Virus record (IMG/VR): IMGVR_UViG_3300015371_000006
Coordinates: 47,597 to 111,596 of that record
Direction: 5' to 3' (one strand)
Origin: a virus
Length of the DNA: 64,000 bases
Shown here one piece after another: positions 26,565 to 36,486 of the stretch; the first letter of the stretch is position 1; each line of letters starts with the position of its first letter. The notes under the pieces were generated by a model. That model ran no database searches. It had not been told where the DNA came from and was given only the letters and a program-made list of their open reading frames with translations. A program made the position numbers and the translations under genes.

Positions 26565-26972
26565 CTATACGCCGTAGTTGTAGCCGCTGTTGCTCGTGTC
26601 GGCGCTCGCGGCGATGATGATGATCAGGACGACGATGGCCGCGCCGATGATCCCGAGGACGAGCCCGGCGGTTGCCATGCCCCCTCCGGTCTGCATCCCG
26701 TTGCTCTCGCGGATGTTCTTCTTGGCGACGGCCGCGAAGATGATCGCCAGGATGCTCAGGACGCCGTAGCCCCACAGCAGGCCGCAGACGAGGCTGGCGA
26801 TTGCCATGCCGGACGTCTTCGCCTGCGCCGCCGGTCCGGTGACGGTCTGCGCCGGGGCGCGGTTGTCGGTCCACTCCGAGCCGGTCCAGTAGCGGACGGT
26901 GCTCGGGTCGTTCGGGTCCGGGTACCAGCCCGCGCCGGGTGCGGCCGGGGCTGCCGGAGTTGCGTCGCTCAT
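26565..26972 (-). CDS. DUF2510 + DUF4190 membrane protein
   Basis: GWYPDP..RYWTGSEWT; TSGMAIASLVCG..G.GMATAGLVLG. Confidence 0.85.
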   Translation of the reverse strand: MSDATPAAPAAPGAGWYPDPNDPSTVRYWTGSEWTDNRAPAQTVTGPAAQAKTSGMAIASLVCGLLWGYGVLSILAIIFAAVAKKNIRESNGMQTGGGMATAGLVLGIIGAAIVVLIIIIAASADTSNSGYNYGV

Positions 26973-27053
26973 ATTGGTCCTCCTTGGTCGGGTGGAGCGA
27001 TTGATTGTCGCAACCTACCACGCCCGCGCCTCAATGGTCATGACCCGCCCGAT

Positions 27054-27072
27054 GTGCTACAGTCGTTAGCAG
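27054..27072. promoter_or_regulatory. 19-bp palindromic operator (GTGCTACAGTCGTTAGCAG)
   Basis: Repeat copy; followed by CCGACCAAAGGAG. Confidence 0.75.
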
Positions 27073-27097
27073 TTGTTCCCGACCAAAGGAGTTCCCG

Positions 27098-27784
27098 ATG
27101 AACGACGGACCCCACCTCACCGATGCCCAGTCGACGGCCCTTCGCATGGCCGCCGTCGAGTACCTTCGCCGCCGCCCCGAGCTGGTGGGCCGCGTCGAGG
27201 GCGACGATCCCTTCGCCGCCTCCGTCGAGGACGAGCGCTACTGCCGCCGCGTATCCGGCATGGCCGCAGGCACCCGCCGCGTCCTTGAGGAGCGCGGGCT
27301 GCTTGAGCGCGAGACCTCGCCCTCGGGCGGCGTCGAGTACATCGTCGTCAGCGACGCGGGCATGGAGTTGGCGCGGATGATCTACAACGACGAGTACGGG
27401 CTCGACGCTTTCGAGAACACCCTCGTCGAGCGGATCGATGCGGCGGCTGCGGCCGAGCGCGAGTACGAGGAGCGCCAGAACGCGTTCCGCCATCGCGCGA
27501 TGCTCGTCGGCGATGTCCTGTCCGGCCTCCGTGGCCCGGCCAACTACCTCAACATCCGCCCCGAGGACTACCCGGACCTCGGCGCGGAGATCGTCCGGCT
27601 GTTTGAGCGGCCCGACGCGCATCGCCCCGAGCCGACCGAGAAGATCAGCCTGCGCCTGCAGGACTTGGAGGCGCTGATCGCGCGCGTGTACGCGCACGGG
27701 CTCGATGTTCAGGCCGGGCATGAGGTGTCCGGCCGCCTGCGCGATGCCATCGAGGACATCGACATGCAGGTCAACGCTTCCTGA
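27098..27784 (+). CDS. Hypothetical protein with possible N-terminal wHTH
   Basis: RBS; LEERGLL..VSDAG pattern; hairpin downstream. Confidence 0.7.
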   Translation: MNDGPHLTDAQSTALRMAAVEYLRRRPELVGRVEGDDPFAASVEDERYCRRVSGMAAGTRRVLEERGLLERETSPSGGVEYIVVSDAGMELARMIYNDEYGLDAFENTLVERIDAAAAAEREYEERQNAFRHRAMLVGDVLSGLRGPANYLNIRPEDYPDLGAEIVRLFERPDAHRPEPTEKISLRLQDLEALIARVYAHGLDVQAGHEVSGRLRDAIEDIDMQVNAS

Positions 27785-27805
27785 CTTCGTCGGGAACCGA
27801 AGCGC

Positions 27806-27833
27806 GACGGCCCCGCTGAGATGCGGGGCCGTC
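27806..27833. terminator. Hairpin between convergent genes
   Basis: GACGGCCCCGC-tgagat-GCGGGGCCGTC. Confidence 0.7.
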
Positions 27834-28046
27834 TGCGTCTTGCGGTTAGGACGTCTCCTTGGAGTCGCGGGTCTTGTCCCGGTTCTCCTTGTCGTCCTGC
27901 GGCGGCTCCGTCGTTGCCGGATCGACGCCGCGCTGCTCGGTGGCCGGATGCGGACCGGCGTCGGGCTTCTGCTCGTCCGCCTTGTCCTTCTGCTCGGTGT
28001 CACCCATCGGTGATCCCTTCCGTTGCTTGCCAGCTACGTCTACCCG

Positions 28047-28529
28047 CTATTCGGGTTCCGTCACCATCGCCGTGAAGGGCGCGGAGCCGTTGTGCTCCAG
28101 GCCCGCGTCATAGCTCGCGTCGGCGACGATGATCGCCATCCACTCCTTGACGTGCTGGCGCACCATGTCCTTGAACGCCTTGCGCTGCACCTGGTCGGTG
28201 AAGGTCGCGTCGCAGAGCGTCAGCAGCCGCCCGACGAGGTTGTCGACCTCCTGCCAGTTGATCCCGTACAGCGTCTTGCCGTGCGAGCCGCCGTACTCGA
28301 TGGTCAGCAGCTGGCCGTTGGCGCTGACGCGGATCTTCGCCCCGCTCTCGGGGTAGCTGCCCGCGCCCAGCAGCTCGACCTGGATGTGTTCGGCCGCTTC
28401 CTTGTCGAACTCGTCGCGCTCGCGGCTTCCGTCGCCGCGCCACGGCCGCGACTGGATCGGTCCGGTGGTGCCGGTGCTCGCGTAGACCTCGCCGCCGCTC
28501 GACGTGAGTTCAGTGATGCCGTCGCCCAT
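28047..28529 (-). CDS. Hypothetical protein
   Basis: AAGGAGG RBS. Confidence 0.7.
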   Translation of the reverse strand: MGDGITELTSSGGEVYASTGTTGPIQSRPWRGDGSRERDEFDKEAAEHIQVELLGAGSYPESGAKIRVSANGQLLTIEYGGSHGKTLYGINWQEVDNLVGRLLTLCDATFTDQVQRKAFKDMVRQHVKEWMAIIVADASYDAGLEHNGSAPFTAMVTEPE

Positions 28530-28624
28530 GAGGGCCTCCTTGACTTGACGCCGGGGCTGCGCCTCGCGCTGGCCCGGCTATGACTTGACTTGACCGGGCC
28601 AGCGTAGGTGCGCAAGCAGACGGA

Positions 28625-28996
28625 TCAGTTCAGCCGTGCGTGCTGCGCCATGTGGAGCGCGATCAGCTGGTTGAGCGGATCGTTCGGGTCGGTGACCTCG
28701 ACGCACATCTCGGCGGCTTCGTCCTCGTGCAGCGGATCGTGGCAGTGGCGCTCGGCGAAGGCGCGGGGCATCGGCGGCTGCCCCAGCAGCCCGCCGGTCA
28801 GGTTCCACAGCCGGAACGCCTCGGTGTACTTGCCGAGGGTCTGCGCGATGTCGCGCTCGCGCAGGTCGCGGTAGGTGCAGTTGTCCTCGATGTAGCCCAC
28901 GAACTCGTCGCAGCAGTCCGTCTCGCCCAGGCGGTGGATGCGGCCGCAGTAGCAGCGGGTGCTCTCCTGCGGGCTGTTGGGCTCGATGCAGCTCAT
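28625..28996 (-). CDS. Cys/His-containing hypothetical protein
   Basis: CCGACCAAGGAGG upstream. Confidence 0.7.
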   Translation of the reverse strand: MSCIEPNSPQESTRCYCGRIHRLGETDCCDEFVGYIEDNCTYRDLRERDIAQTLGKYTEAFRLWNLTGGLLGQPPMPRAFAERHCHDPLHEDEAAEMCVEVTDPNDPLNQLIALHMAQHARLN

Positions 28997-29096
28997 CGTG
29001 TCCTCCTTGGTCGGGGTGCCTTCCCCTACTACGTCGCTCGGCCTCCCGAACTTCTGACACGAGTTGTACCCGCTGTTTCTCGGGCTTTGTGACCTG

Positions 29097-29141
29097 GACG
29101 AGCGAACCCCGCAGCGGTTGACCGGCGCTGCGGGGCTCGTC
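29097..29141. terminator. Long hairpin after HARE-HTH gene
   Basis: GACGAGC..CCCCGCAGCG / CGCTGCGGGG-CTCGTC. Confidence 0.6.
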
Positions 29142-29145
29142 GTGC

Positions 29146-29418
29146 TCACTCGGGCTTCGGCTTGGCCTTCTGCCCCTTGCGGTCGCGCCCCTTGAGCCCG
29201 TAGGTGCCGGGCATGGTGCGGACGAAGGTATCCCCCTTCGTCGCTGCGACGCTGAGCTGGGCCTGCATGGTCGCCTTCGGGGTCTTGCCCTTGGACTTGA
29301 CCAGCCCGCGCTCCAGCGCGACCTCGGTGATGTCGTCGGCCTTCATCGGGCCTTCGGCCTCTTCGAGAATTCGCGCCGCTGCCTGCTTCATCGGCAGGGT
29401 TTCCGTTGCTGTCGCCAT
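29146..29418 (-). CDS. HARE-HTH (HB1/ASXL/restriction endonuclease wHTH) protein
   Basis: AAARILEEAEGPM...I...ALERGL..KGKTP.ATM.AQL..FVR..PGTYGL. Confidence 0.85.
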   Translation of the reverse strand: MATATETLPMKQAAARILEEAEGPMKADDITEVALERGLVKSKGKTPKATMQAQLSVAATKGDTFVRTMPGTYGLKGRDRKGQKAKPKPE

Positions 29419-29642
29419 CGGAGTCCTCCTTTCGGTGGCGGACCGGACAAGCTACCGACAATCGCTCCTCAACGGGCTTTTTCGGCCCAGTGCGGGCAGG
29501 ATTCTTCGTGCCCGATGGTGATCGTCTTGCCGACGTGGACGACCGGGCGGCAGGTGCAGCCGGTGGCCGCGAGCGTGACTCGGATCAGCGCATCCCACGT
29601 TCCGCCCCGGCACAGGTAGAGCTGGGGCGTGGCGGGCACGGC

Positions 29643-29975
29643 CTACACCAGCTCGGCCTTGACTGCCTGTCGCCGCTCGTCGGTGCCCTGGTAGTTGCCG
29701 GTCGCCTCGGCGCGCACGATGTAGGTGCCGGGGTCGGCCAGGTCGACGTCGATGTAGTAGCGCCCGGCTGCCACCCGGACCACCTCGACGTCGTCGTCGT
29801 AGACGTAGGCGCTCTGCGTGAAGTCGGGGTTGCGGACGCGGATCGTCAGCACGGTCGGGTCCACGTAGGCCAGCGTGCCGGGATCTCGGACCGTCACGCT
29901 GTGGCGGACGCCGTCGCCCTCGGGCAGCGGCCCCACGGGCTTGTCGACGGTGATCTCGACTAGCCCTGCCGCCAT
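29643..29975 (-). CDS. Ig-like beta-sandwich virion accessory protein
   Basis: VDPT..TIRVRNPD..VRVAAGRYYID..PGTY..RAEATG; adjacent to portal. Confidence 0.6.
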   Translation of the reverse strand: MAAGLVEITVDKPVGPLPEGDGVRHSVTVRDPGTLAYVDPTVLTIRVRNPDFTQSAYVYDDDVEVVRVAAGRYYIDVDLADPGTYIVRAEATGNYQGTDERRQAVKAELV

Positions 29976-30126
29976 CGCAGCACCTTCGGCCGGGAGGTTG
30001 ACGTGCTGGCCGCCGGTTGCCGCCGCGCCGCCAGCCTCTGGCGCATGACGAGGATGAACGCCTTCTTCGCCGGGCTCTTGGGCAGCGGCTCGTCGGCTTC
30101 CCAGGACGTCCGCGACGTGTAGGTGC

Positions 30127-32133
30127 TCATTGGCCCAGCTCCCTGATCGGCTTCGTGATGTCGTCGAAGTCGTCGGCGGCCCGTTTCGCCTGCTCGCGCA
30201 CACGGCGCTGGGCCTCCTCGGTGCGCAGGCGGTCGACCATCTGCTCCTCCAGGTCCGACAGGGCCTGCTCGCGCGTGACGTAGCGGCTCTCGGTTGGCCC
30301 GTAGGGGTTGGCCTCCGGCGTCGAGGCCGCCATCGGCGCGCCGTAGGGGTTGGCCTCGCCCTGCGGGGCCCCGCCGTTGCCGTTGATGGTGATCCCTGGC
30401 GGGAGCTGCTCCTGGGGCTGTTGCTGTTGCTGCAGCGCTTCCATCGCCGGGTCGGTGTAGCCGGGCGGGAACACCTTCTCGGTGACCTCGGCCGGGTCGC
30501 TCATCTCCAGGCCCTCGCCGATGGCGATGCTGAACAGCGTCCGGGTCAGCTCGATGTTGGTCCCGTTCGGGTCGAAGGTGCGCGCCACGGTGGCGACGCT
30601 GTTCACCAGCTCGGTCATCATCCGCCGCAGCGGGCTCGGCAGGGAGAAGTCGTAGCTGAGATCGCGCTTGCGCTCGTCCTCGGGCACCTCCTCGGGGATC
30701 TCGCCGTCCTCGTCGGTCGGGTCGGGCGCGCCCAGCTCGGCCTGGGTGTCGGCCTTCGGCGGCGTCGGCACGGCGGGGGCGTCCTCGGTGCCCTCCTGCT
30801 CGCGGTCCTCCTGGCGCTCTGCCCACTCCTCGTAGCTCAGCTCCTCGGTCAGCCGCCCGGCCTCCAGGGCCTCGTGGATCACCTGGTCGCAGAACCAGCG
30901 GAACATCTGCTCGAAGACCTCTTGGCGCGATTCGACCGCCTTCAGCACGGGCAGCTCCATCGAGGTGGCCGTCGCCAGGTTCGCCGAGCCGATGTCGCCG
31001 AGGTAGTGCTGGGGGAAGTGCGTCGCGGCGCTGATCTGCGAGCGGATCATCTGCCCGTCCACGTTCGCGCCGGTCGCCCCGCTGTCCAGCTTGAAGCTCT
31101 CGTGCTCGACCTGCTCGTTCTCGGTGATGATCGAGCCGCCGCTCGGCCCAGCGACCACGGAGGTGTCGGAGTCCACGGTCCGCCCCAGCTCGCCTCGGGT
31201 GCTCAGCGCCTGGTTGGCCATCTTGCGGATCTGGTTCGGCGTGCCCTTGACCTTGCGCTTCATGATGAACGCGGCGGCTGCCTTCGCGGCATCCACGCGG
31301 GCCTCCATCAGCGAGTTGAAGGCGTTGGCCCAGCGCAGCACCCGGTGCATGGTCGGGTGCCCGAAGGCCATCTCGGAGGTCTTGTTGACGGCGACGTGGT
31401 AGACGCGGCCCTTGCCGGTCTTGTTCGCCGGGGGCTTGAGCCCGCCCTTCTCGTTGTTCCAGTGCTGGTAGTAGAGGATGCGCTGGCCGCGCTCGGGCGC
31501 GTCGTAGAGCAGCTGGGGGCCGTCCTTTTGGAAGTCCCACTTCATCTGCTTGCGGCGGCTGACGTAGTAGAGGACGCGCAGGCGGTTGTCGGGATCGCGG
31601 ACGACGTTCTCGACGCTGTCGTGCTCCAGCATCCCGAGCTTGACCTTGCCGTCGTCGCCCGTGAACTTCAGCAGGAAGATGTTGCTCTGCAGGGTGATGT
31701 CGGTCCCGAGCGCGAGCTGCGCCGGGTAGCTGGTCAGCGCCAGCTGGTTGTCCTCGTCGTCCCAGGCTTCGTCGAGGATCTCCTGCACCTTCTCGTCGCG
31801 GGCCTTCGGACGCGGGACGCCCCGGCCCAGGCAGAAGTCGTTCATCAGGTCGGTGGCCGCGCCGAGCTGCGCGTCCTGTTGCCAGGCTACCCGCGCTTGC
31901 TGCACCAGCGCCCGGCGCTTGACCGCCTGCAGATCCTGCTCGGAGCCGCCCTCGTAGTCCAGCAGGGTCCAGCCGATCAGGTCGAGCTGTTGGCGCAGCA
32001 CTCGCCGGTCCTCGACCATCGCCTCCATGACGTCGAGTTCGTCGGCGTCGACGGTCGTCTCGCCCCGGTTGCTCAGGCGCGTGCGCGCCCAGCGGTCGAG
32101 GAAGCCCTCGCGCTTCTCGTCGTCCTCAGCCAC
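30127..32133 (-). CDS. Phage portal protein
   Basis: Position downstream of TerL; size; DFCLGRG, GNIF-like SNIF, YHVAVN..FGHP, G..NLATA..ME.P motifs. Confidence 0.85.
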   Translation of the reverse strand: MAEDDEKREGFLDRWARTRLSNRGETTVDADELDVMEAMVEDRRVLRQQLDLIGWTLLDYEGGSEQDLQAVKRRALVQQARVAWQQDAQLGAATDLMNDFCLGRGVPRPKARDEKVQEILDEAWDDEDNQLALTSYPAQLALGTDITLQSNIFLLKFTGDDGKVKLGMLEHDSVENVVRDPDNRLRVLYYVSRRKQMKWDFQKDGPQLLYDAPERGQRILYYQHWNNEKGGLKPPANKTGKGRVYHVAVNKTSEMAFGHPTMHRVLRWANAFNSLMEARVDAAKAAAAFIMKRKVKGTPNQIRKMANQALSTRGELGRTVDSDTSVVAGPSGGSIITENEQVEHESFKLDSGATGANVDGQMIRSQISAATHFPQHYLGDIGSANLATATSMELPVLKAVESRQEVFEQMFRWFCDQVIHEALEAGRLTEELSYEEWAERQEDREQEGTEDAPAVPTPPKADTQAELGAPDPTDEDGEIPEEVPEDERKRDLSYDFSLPSPLRRMMTELVNSVATVARTFDPNGTNIELTRTLFSIAIGEGLEMSDPAEVTEKVFPPGYTDPAMEALQQQQQPQEQLPPGITINGNGGAPQGEANPYGAPMAASTPEANPYGPTESRYVTREQALSDLEEQMVDRLRTEEAQRRVREQAKRAADDFDDITKPIRELGQ

Positions 32134-32518
32134 TCTTCGCCTTCGCCTTCGACTTGGACTTGGACTTCGGCTCGGGCTCCTCGTCGCCGTCACCGTTCGT
32201 GCCCTGCTCGCCCTTGCGCGCTGCATCGCGCAGGATCGCGGCCGCCTCGCGGTAGGCCATCTGCGCCTTGTTGGAGTTCGGCATCCCCGACGTGCGGGCC
32301 AGCGCTTGGTCGAGCATGTCGGCCGAGGTCTCCAGCAGCACTGAGCGGCCGTTCGTGGCGGCGTGCTCGTCCTCTGCCTCGGCTCTGCCCTCTTCGCGGC
32401 CCCGCTCGTAGTTGCGCTTCAGTAGGTCGCGGACCTCCTTGGCGGTGTCGCGCGTGTCGCCCCCCTTGATCGCAATCCGGCGGGCATCAGCCGCCAGCCG
32501 TCGTCGGTTGTCAGCCAT
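32126..32518 (-). CDS. Hypothetical protein
   Basis: Overlap coupling with portal. Confidence 0.65.
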   Translation of the reverse strand: MADNRRRLAADARRIAIKGGDTRDTAKEVRDLLKRNYERGREEGRAEAEDEHAATNGRSVLLETSADMLDQALARTSGMPNSNKAQMAYREAAAILRDAARKGEQGTNGDGDEEPEPKSKSKSKAKAKSG

Positions 32519-32717
32519 TGCTGCCGTTGTCCTTTCTGACGAGTCGATAGCGCAGGGCTTCGTCGCGGTGCAGCAGCCGGGTGGTCATCAACGAGGCATC
32601 CTCAACCAGCCACGCCGGGTGTCCATCCTCGCTCTCGACTTCCTTGATCACGAACAGCAGCCGTTCCTCGTCGGTTAGGTAGTCGCCCTCCTGTGGTGCT
32701 CGGACGGCGACTGCCAT
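32511..32717 (-). CDS. Hypothetical protein
   Basis: GAGGGG RBS. Confidence 0.55.
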   Translation of the reverse strand: MAVAVRAPQEGDYLTDEERLLFVIKEVESEDGHPAWLVEDASLMTTRLLHRDEALRYRLVRKDNGSNG

Positions 32718-33067
32718 GTCTGCCCCTCAGCTGGGCCTCGGGTCTCGCGGCGCTGCGGCGGCCAGTTCCGCCTCCAGCTCCTTCGCCTTGCGCTTCCAGG
32801 TTTCTCTCTTGTTCCGTCGCCAGATCGGGCAGTGCTCGTACCCGGTCCGGTCTGACTGCGGCCCCGCGCAGAAGGTGGTCAGCGAACCACTGTTCTCGTC
32901 GCGGGTGATCGTCTCCATCGACAGGCGGCAGTAGCACGCTGGGCCACGCAGGGTTTCCTCGACGGCGGCTCCGGCGGGGCAGCGAATGGCATCTGCGGCT
33001 GGGGCGATGGCGCTCACTGCCCGGTAAGTGTAAGCGCACGCGGCGGATGACCGGGCACTTCTATCGA

Positions 33068-33140
33068 TAGCGGGGGTGGGACTCGAACCCACGGCCTCCG
33101 GGTTATGAGCCCAGCGATCTACCAGCTGATCTACCCCGCA
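33068..33140 (-). tRNA. tRNA-Met (CAT), initiator type; CCA not encoded
   Basis: TGCGGGG TA GATC AGCTGGTA GATC G CTGGG CT CAT AA CCCGG AGGCC GTGGG TTCGAGT CCCAC CCCCGCT A; 1:72 mismatch and three G-C pairs in anticodon stem. Confidence 0.93.
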
Positions 33141-33148
33141 GCGCGGGC

Positions 33149-33454
33149 CTAGCGTATCGCGCGCTCGGGGAACGGCGGATCGTGGCGGGTGACGCGGAAG
33201 ACCTCGCGGTGGCCCCGGTGCAGCGTGTCGGTCAGGAACGGCTGCGTGGCGATCTCCCACTTCGCGCCCCGGTGCAGCGTCTTCATCCCGGTGCGCTCCA
33301 GCCACATCTCCAGAATCTCGACCAGCGGCCAGTCGGGCACGTTGGTCTGCCGGGCCACCAGGTCGCTGCGCGCCACGTCGAAGCGCTCGCTCATCTCGCC
33401 GTAGCGCCCGGTGTAGACGACCTCAACCGGGACGATGTCCCTTTCGAGCGTCAC
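33149..33454 (-). CDS. Hypothetical protein
   Basis: Codon usage. Confidence 0.55.
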   Translation of the reverse strand: MTLERDIVPVEVVYTGRYGEMSERFDVARSDLVARQTNVPDWPLVEILEMWLERTGMKTLHRGAKWEIATQPFLTDTLHRGHREVFRVTRHDPPFPERAIR

Positions 33455-33649
33455 CTACCGGCGATCCCTGTCGTGCCACCAGCGGGGCGGGAAGCTCAGG
33501 AGCAAGCCCAGCAGCTTGCGGATCAAAGTGTCGGCCTCTCCCGTCCGCCTACCGACTCGCCGGTTTCGACTACCGGCCCCTCTTCAGCGGGGCTGTTGCG
33601 CATCGTTGAGAGGCTTCCCCGTTGCGCCCTGCACGGTACCAAGAGCCGC

Positions 33650-33886
33650 TCACGCATACCAGCGGGCGAAGTCGAGGTGGCGGACCACCAGCGCGGCTCC
33701 CGCGAGCGCGCGCGCGTCCTCGGCCGTCAGGGCGTCGTCGCGCCAGATCGCCTCCAGCACGTCGCGGTACAGCTCGTCCTCGGCCTTGTGCCAGTCGCTC
33801 TCGTCGCCGCGCTCCTCTTGGATCGCGATGCGGATCGAGTTCGCCCGCTGTTGGACGACGCTTTCGGTGAGCCTCTCCTCGGTCAT
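33650..33886 (-). CDS. Phage hypothetical protein
   Basis: D.E..H..ED.LY..VL..I..F.RWYA pattern. Confidence 0.65.
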   Translation of the reverse strand: MTEERLTESVVQQRANSIRIAIQEERGDESDWHKAEDELYRDVLEAIWRDDALTAEDARALAGAALVVRHLDFARWYA

Positions 33887-34200
33887 CAGTCGGGACAGCC
33901 GGGGCCGGAGGTCGGGTCTGCTCCCAGGTCGAGGCGCTCGGCGTGCGCAGTCAGCAACCCGACGATCTGCTTGAGGACCGCATCGCCGTGCTCGGCGTGG
34001 ACGCCCACCATCACGATGTCGATGGCCGGAAGGTCATCCGGGTTGTGGCCCTGGGTCTCGGCCTGGTCGCGCGCGTTGCCGACCAGGCGGGCCAGCGCGT
34101 CGATGACCATGTTCCCGTTGCCTGGCGAGAGGTGCTCGATACCGACCACGCGCAGGTCGTCCTGCGCCCACTGGCCGATTACCTCCGTCCTCTCGCTCAC
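33886..34200 (-). CDS. Hypothetical protein
   Basis: GTGA coupling. Confidence 0.55.
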   Translation of the reverse strand: MSERTEVIGQWAQDDLRVVGIEHLSPGNGNMVIDALARLVGNARDQAETQGHNPDDLPAIDIVMVGVHAEHGDAVLKQIVGLLTAHAERLDLGADPTSGPGCPD

Positions 34201-34397
34201 GTCGCCCGTGTGAGGTCGATCTTGCCGTCGGCGACCAGCTGCAGCACGGTCCGCGCGATCTCGGCCAGTCCTCGGTCGGCGTTGGACTTGCTGTCGTAGA
34301 CCTCGGTGCCCAGCTGCTTCTCGCCGTTGCCGCCGAACACCTGCGCCTTGACGCGGCCCTCCTCCAGCTCGTCGTACTCGATCCTCGGTGCTCCCAT
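34197..34397 (-). CDS. YegP/DUF1508-like small protein
   Basis: GGNGE..GTEVY.SKSNADRG pattern; AAAGGAG RBS. Confidence 0.55.
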   Translation of the reverse strand: MGAPRIEYDELEEGRVKAQVFGGNGEKQLGTEVYDSKSNADRGLAEIARTVLQLVADGKIDLTRAT

Positions 34398-34597
34398 GTC
34401 GGGGCTCCTTTCGGTCGGGGTCGCTCAGAACGCTAGCCCACATCGGGGACAGTAGGAGTTGCGCGTCCGCCCTCCGCACTCCGAGCACTCGCCTCGCAGT
34501 TCGACCGGGGCCGTCAGCTTCGGCGGCGGGGGCGGCTCCACCTTGTCCGGGGTCCAGGGTCGGTTGCGGTAGCGGCGTCGACGACGACGCCGCCCGA

Positions 34598-36322
34598 TCA
34601 CTGGTCGAATCCGGGCTCGTAGACGTCCACCTTGCTCTCCAGCTGCACGGTGCCCCGGTCCAGCTCCGTGCGTTCGAAGTCGTACATCTCTTCGAAGCTC
34701 ATCGTCTCGCCCTGCTCCAGCTCGTTGACGCCGGTCTGCCAGAGGAAGACCTCTTTGGCGAGCATGTCGTAGACCTCGGCCATCGCGTGGTCGAACGGCT
34801 GCCCGCCGTTGACGTACTCGACCTTCATCTGGCCCTTCTCGTTCTCCTCCTGCACGCGCGTGAGCGCCTGTAGCTGCTCGACGTAGTCGGTCGGCCGGGT
34901 CTCCGGGCTCGGCAGCAGGTTGCGTTGCTGGCGGATCGCGTCGAAGGTCGCGTCGATGGCGGGGGTCCGCTGCACGCTCACGGCCCGCATCTCCGGCTCG
35001 ACCTTCATCACCTCGTTGTGCGTCCCGAAGCGGGCGAGGTAGATGCGGCCGGGGAAGCGCTCGGCCAGCTGGCGGGCCAGGCGGCCTTCGGGCAGGTGGT
35101 CGATGCAGAGGATGTTCACGGAGTAGCGGTCCATCAGCTCGCCGACCTGGCCGAAGCTCTCGACCTCGCCGACGAACAGCGGCGTCTTGTACGGGTCGCC
35201 GCCGCCCTTGCGCTTGGGCTCGTGGTGCAGGCTGATCCGCACGTTCAGGTTGCGCGTCGTGGCGACGTCGACGCCTCCGGTGACCAGCGAGCCGCCGCTG
35301 TAGGGGTCGGCGATAGCGGGGAGGTCGCGGGTGGCCGCTTCGATTGCAGCATCGGTCAGGCGGCCCTCTGCCGGTGCCCACGCCTCGGCGAGATCCTTGT
35401 TGAAGTGGACCTGGCGCTCGTAGGCGTTCGTCTTGTAGTGCGCCGCGACGATGGTCGGGATGTCGGCGTGCGCCACGATCAGGCGGGGCATGTGGTACCC
35501 GCGCACCAGCCGGTCGGGGTGCTTTGCCACCCACTCGCCGCCCAGCACATCGAGGGGCTTCCGGCACTTCGTGCAGACCAGGTGGGCGTCGGGCCACTCG
35601 TCGTTGACCGGCGTGCCCTCCTCGATGTTCGCGTAGCTCGGCGTTTGCTGCTCGCCGCAGCGCTCGCACTTGACCATCCAGAAGCGCTGGTCGGTGCGGT
35701 TGAAGGCGCGGTCGATCCCGTAGCCGGGGATGGAGGGGACGCCGACCCGTCGGGTCTTGCCGTCCAGCGACCCGGAGATCCGGCGCTCGGCGTCAGGGAT
35801 GTTCTCCTGGCGCAGCGTGTCGTACTCATCCAGCGCGAGGATGTCGGCCGGGACCGCATCGAGGTCGTGCTTTGACTCGCTCCCGCGCGCGTAGAGGTGG
35901 CCGCGCCCGATCTTCTTCAGGCCCTTGTTGTTCACGTCGCCGACGGGGATGCGCTTGCTCAGGTACGGGCTCGCCAGGATCGCCGCCTTCACCCGCGCGT
36001 CGGAGAAGTCGTACATCTGCTGGCGCTTCGGGAACACGTAGAGGCTGTCGGTCGCGCGCACGTCGCAGTGCCACATGACCCAGCGCAGCAGGTAGGTGCT
36101 GACGCCGACCTGGGTGGCCTTCTTGACCACGGCCTCCTTCGCCATCGCTCCCGGCGTGTCGTACAGCTCGCGTTGGAACGGGTAGCGGTTGAAGTCCAGC
36201 TTGCCGGTCTTCGGCTCGGGCACCAGCAGGGACCATTCGAAGAAGCTGATGATCATCCCCGCGCGGTGCTCGCGACGTCGGTTGACGCTCTCCATGAACG
36301 CGCTGCCGGGGGTTGCCGTCAC
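34598..36322 (-). CDS. terL: Terminase large subunit (lambda gpA-like family)
   Basis: YPFQREL; KKATQVGVS (Walker A); LALDEYD (Walker B); CERC..CTKC; GGVDV and CID nuclease motifs; leaderless TAGGAT. Confidence 0.92.
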   Translation of the reverse strand: MTATPGSAFMESVNRRREHRAGMIISFFEWSLLVPEPKTGKLDFNRYPFQRELYDTPGAMAKEAVVKKATQVGVSTYLLRWVMWHCDVRATDSLYVFPKRQQMYDFSDARVKAAILASPYLSKRIPVGDVNNKGLKKIGRGHLYARGSESKHDLDAVPADILALDEYDTLRQENIPDAERRISGSLDGKTRRVGVPSIPGYGIDRAFNRTDQRFWMVKCERCGEQQTPSYANIEEGTPVNDEWPDAHLVCTKCRKPLDVLGGEWVAKHPDRLVRGYHMPRLIVAHADIPTIVAAHYKTNAYERQVHFNKDLAEAWAPAEGRLTDAAIEAATRDLPAIADPYSGGSLVTGGVDVATTRNLNVRISLHHEPKRKGGGDPYKTPLFVGEVESFGQVGELMDRYSVNILCIDHLPEGRLARQLAERFPGRIYLARFGTHNEVMKVEPEMRAVSVQRTPAIDATFDAIRQQRNLLPSPETRPTDYVEQLQALTRVQEENEKGQMKVEYVNGGQPFDHAMAEVYDMLAKEVFLWQTGVNELEQGETMSFEEMYDFERTELDRGTVQLESKVDVYEPGFDQ

Positions 36323-36486
36323 GCCTCCATCCTAATTGCCGAGGTCGGCTACCCGGCCAGCAGCCAGATGATCCAGGCCCAGGCCGTGAGGTACAGCGCG
36401 CAGGCCGCCCAGCCGTCGCGCGCGTAGTTGTCGGAGGTCAGCTTCACGCCCCACCCATCGGCAGGCGCGGCCGGAGATTGAGGGCT

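Noticed and set aside
33068-33140. tRNA as prophage attachment site or boundary
   Set aside because: Phage genes continue on both sides; no integrase or duplicated tRNA 3' end seen
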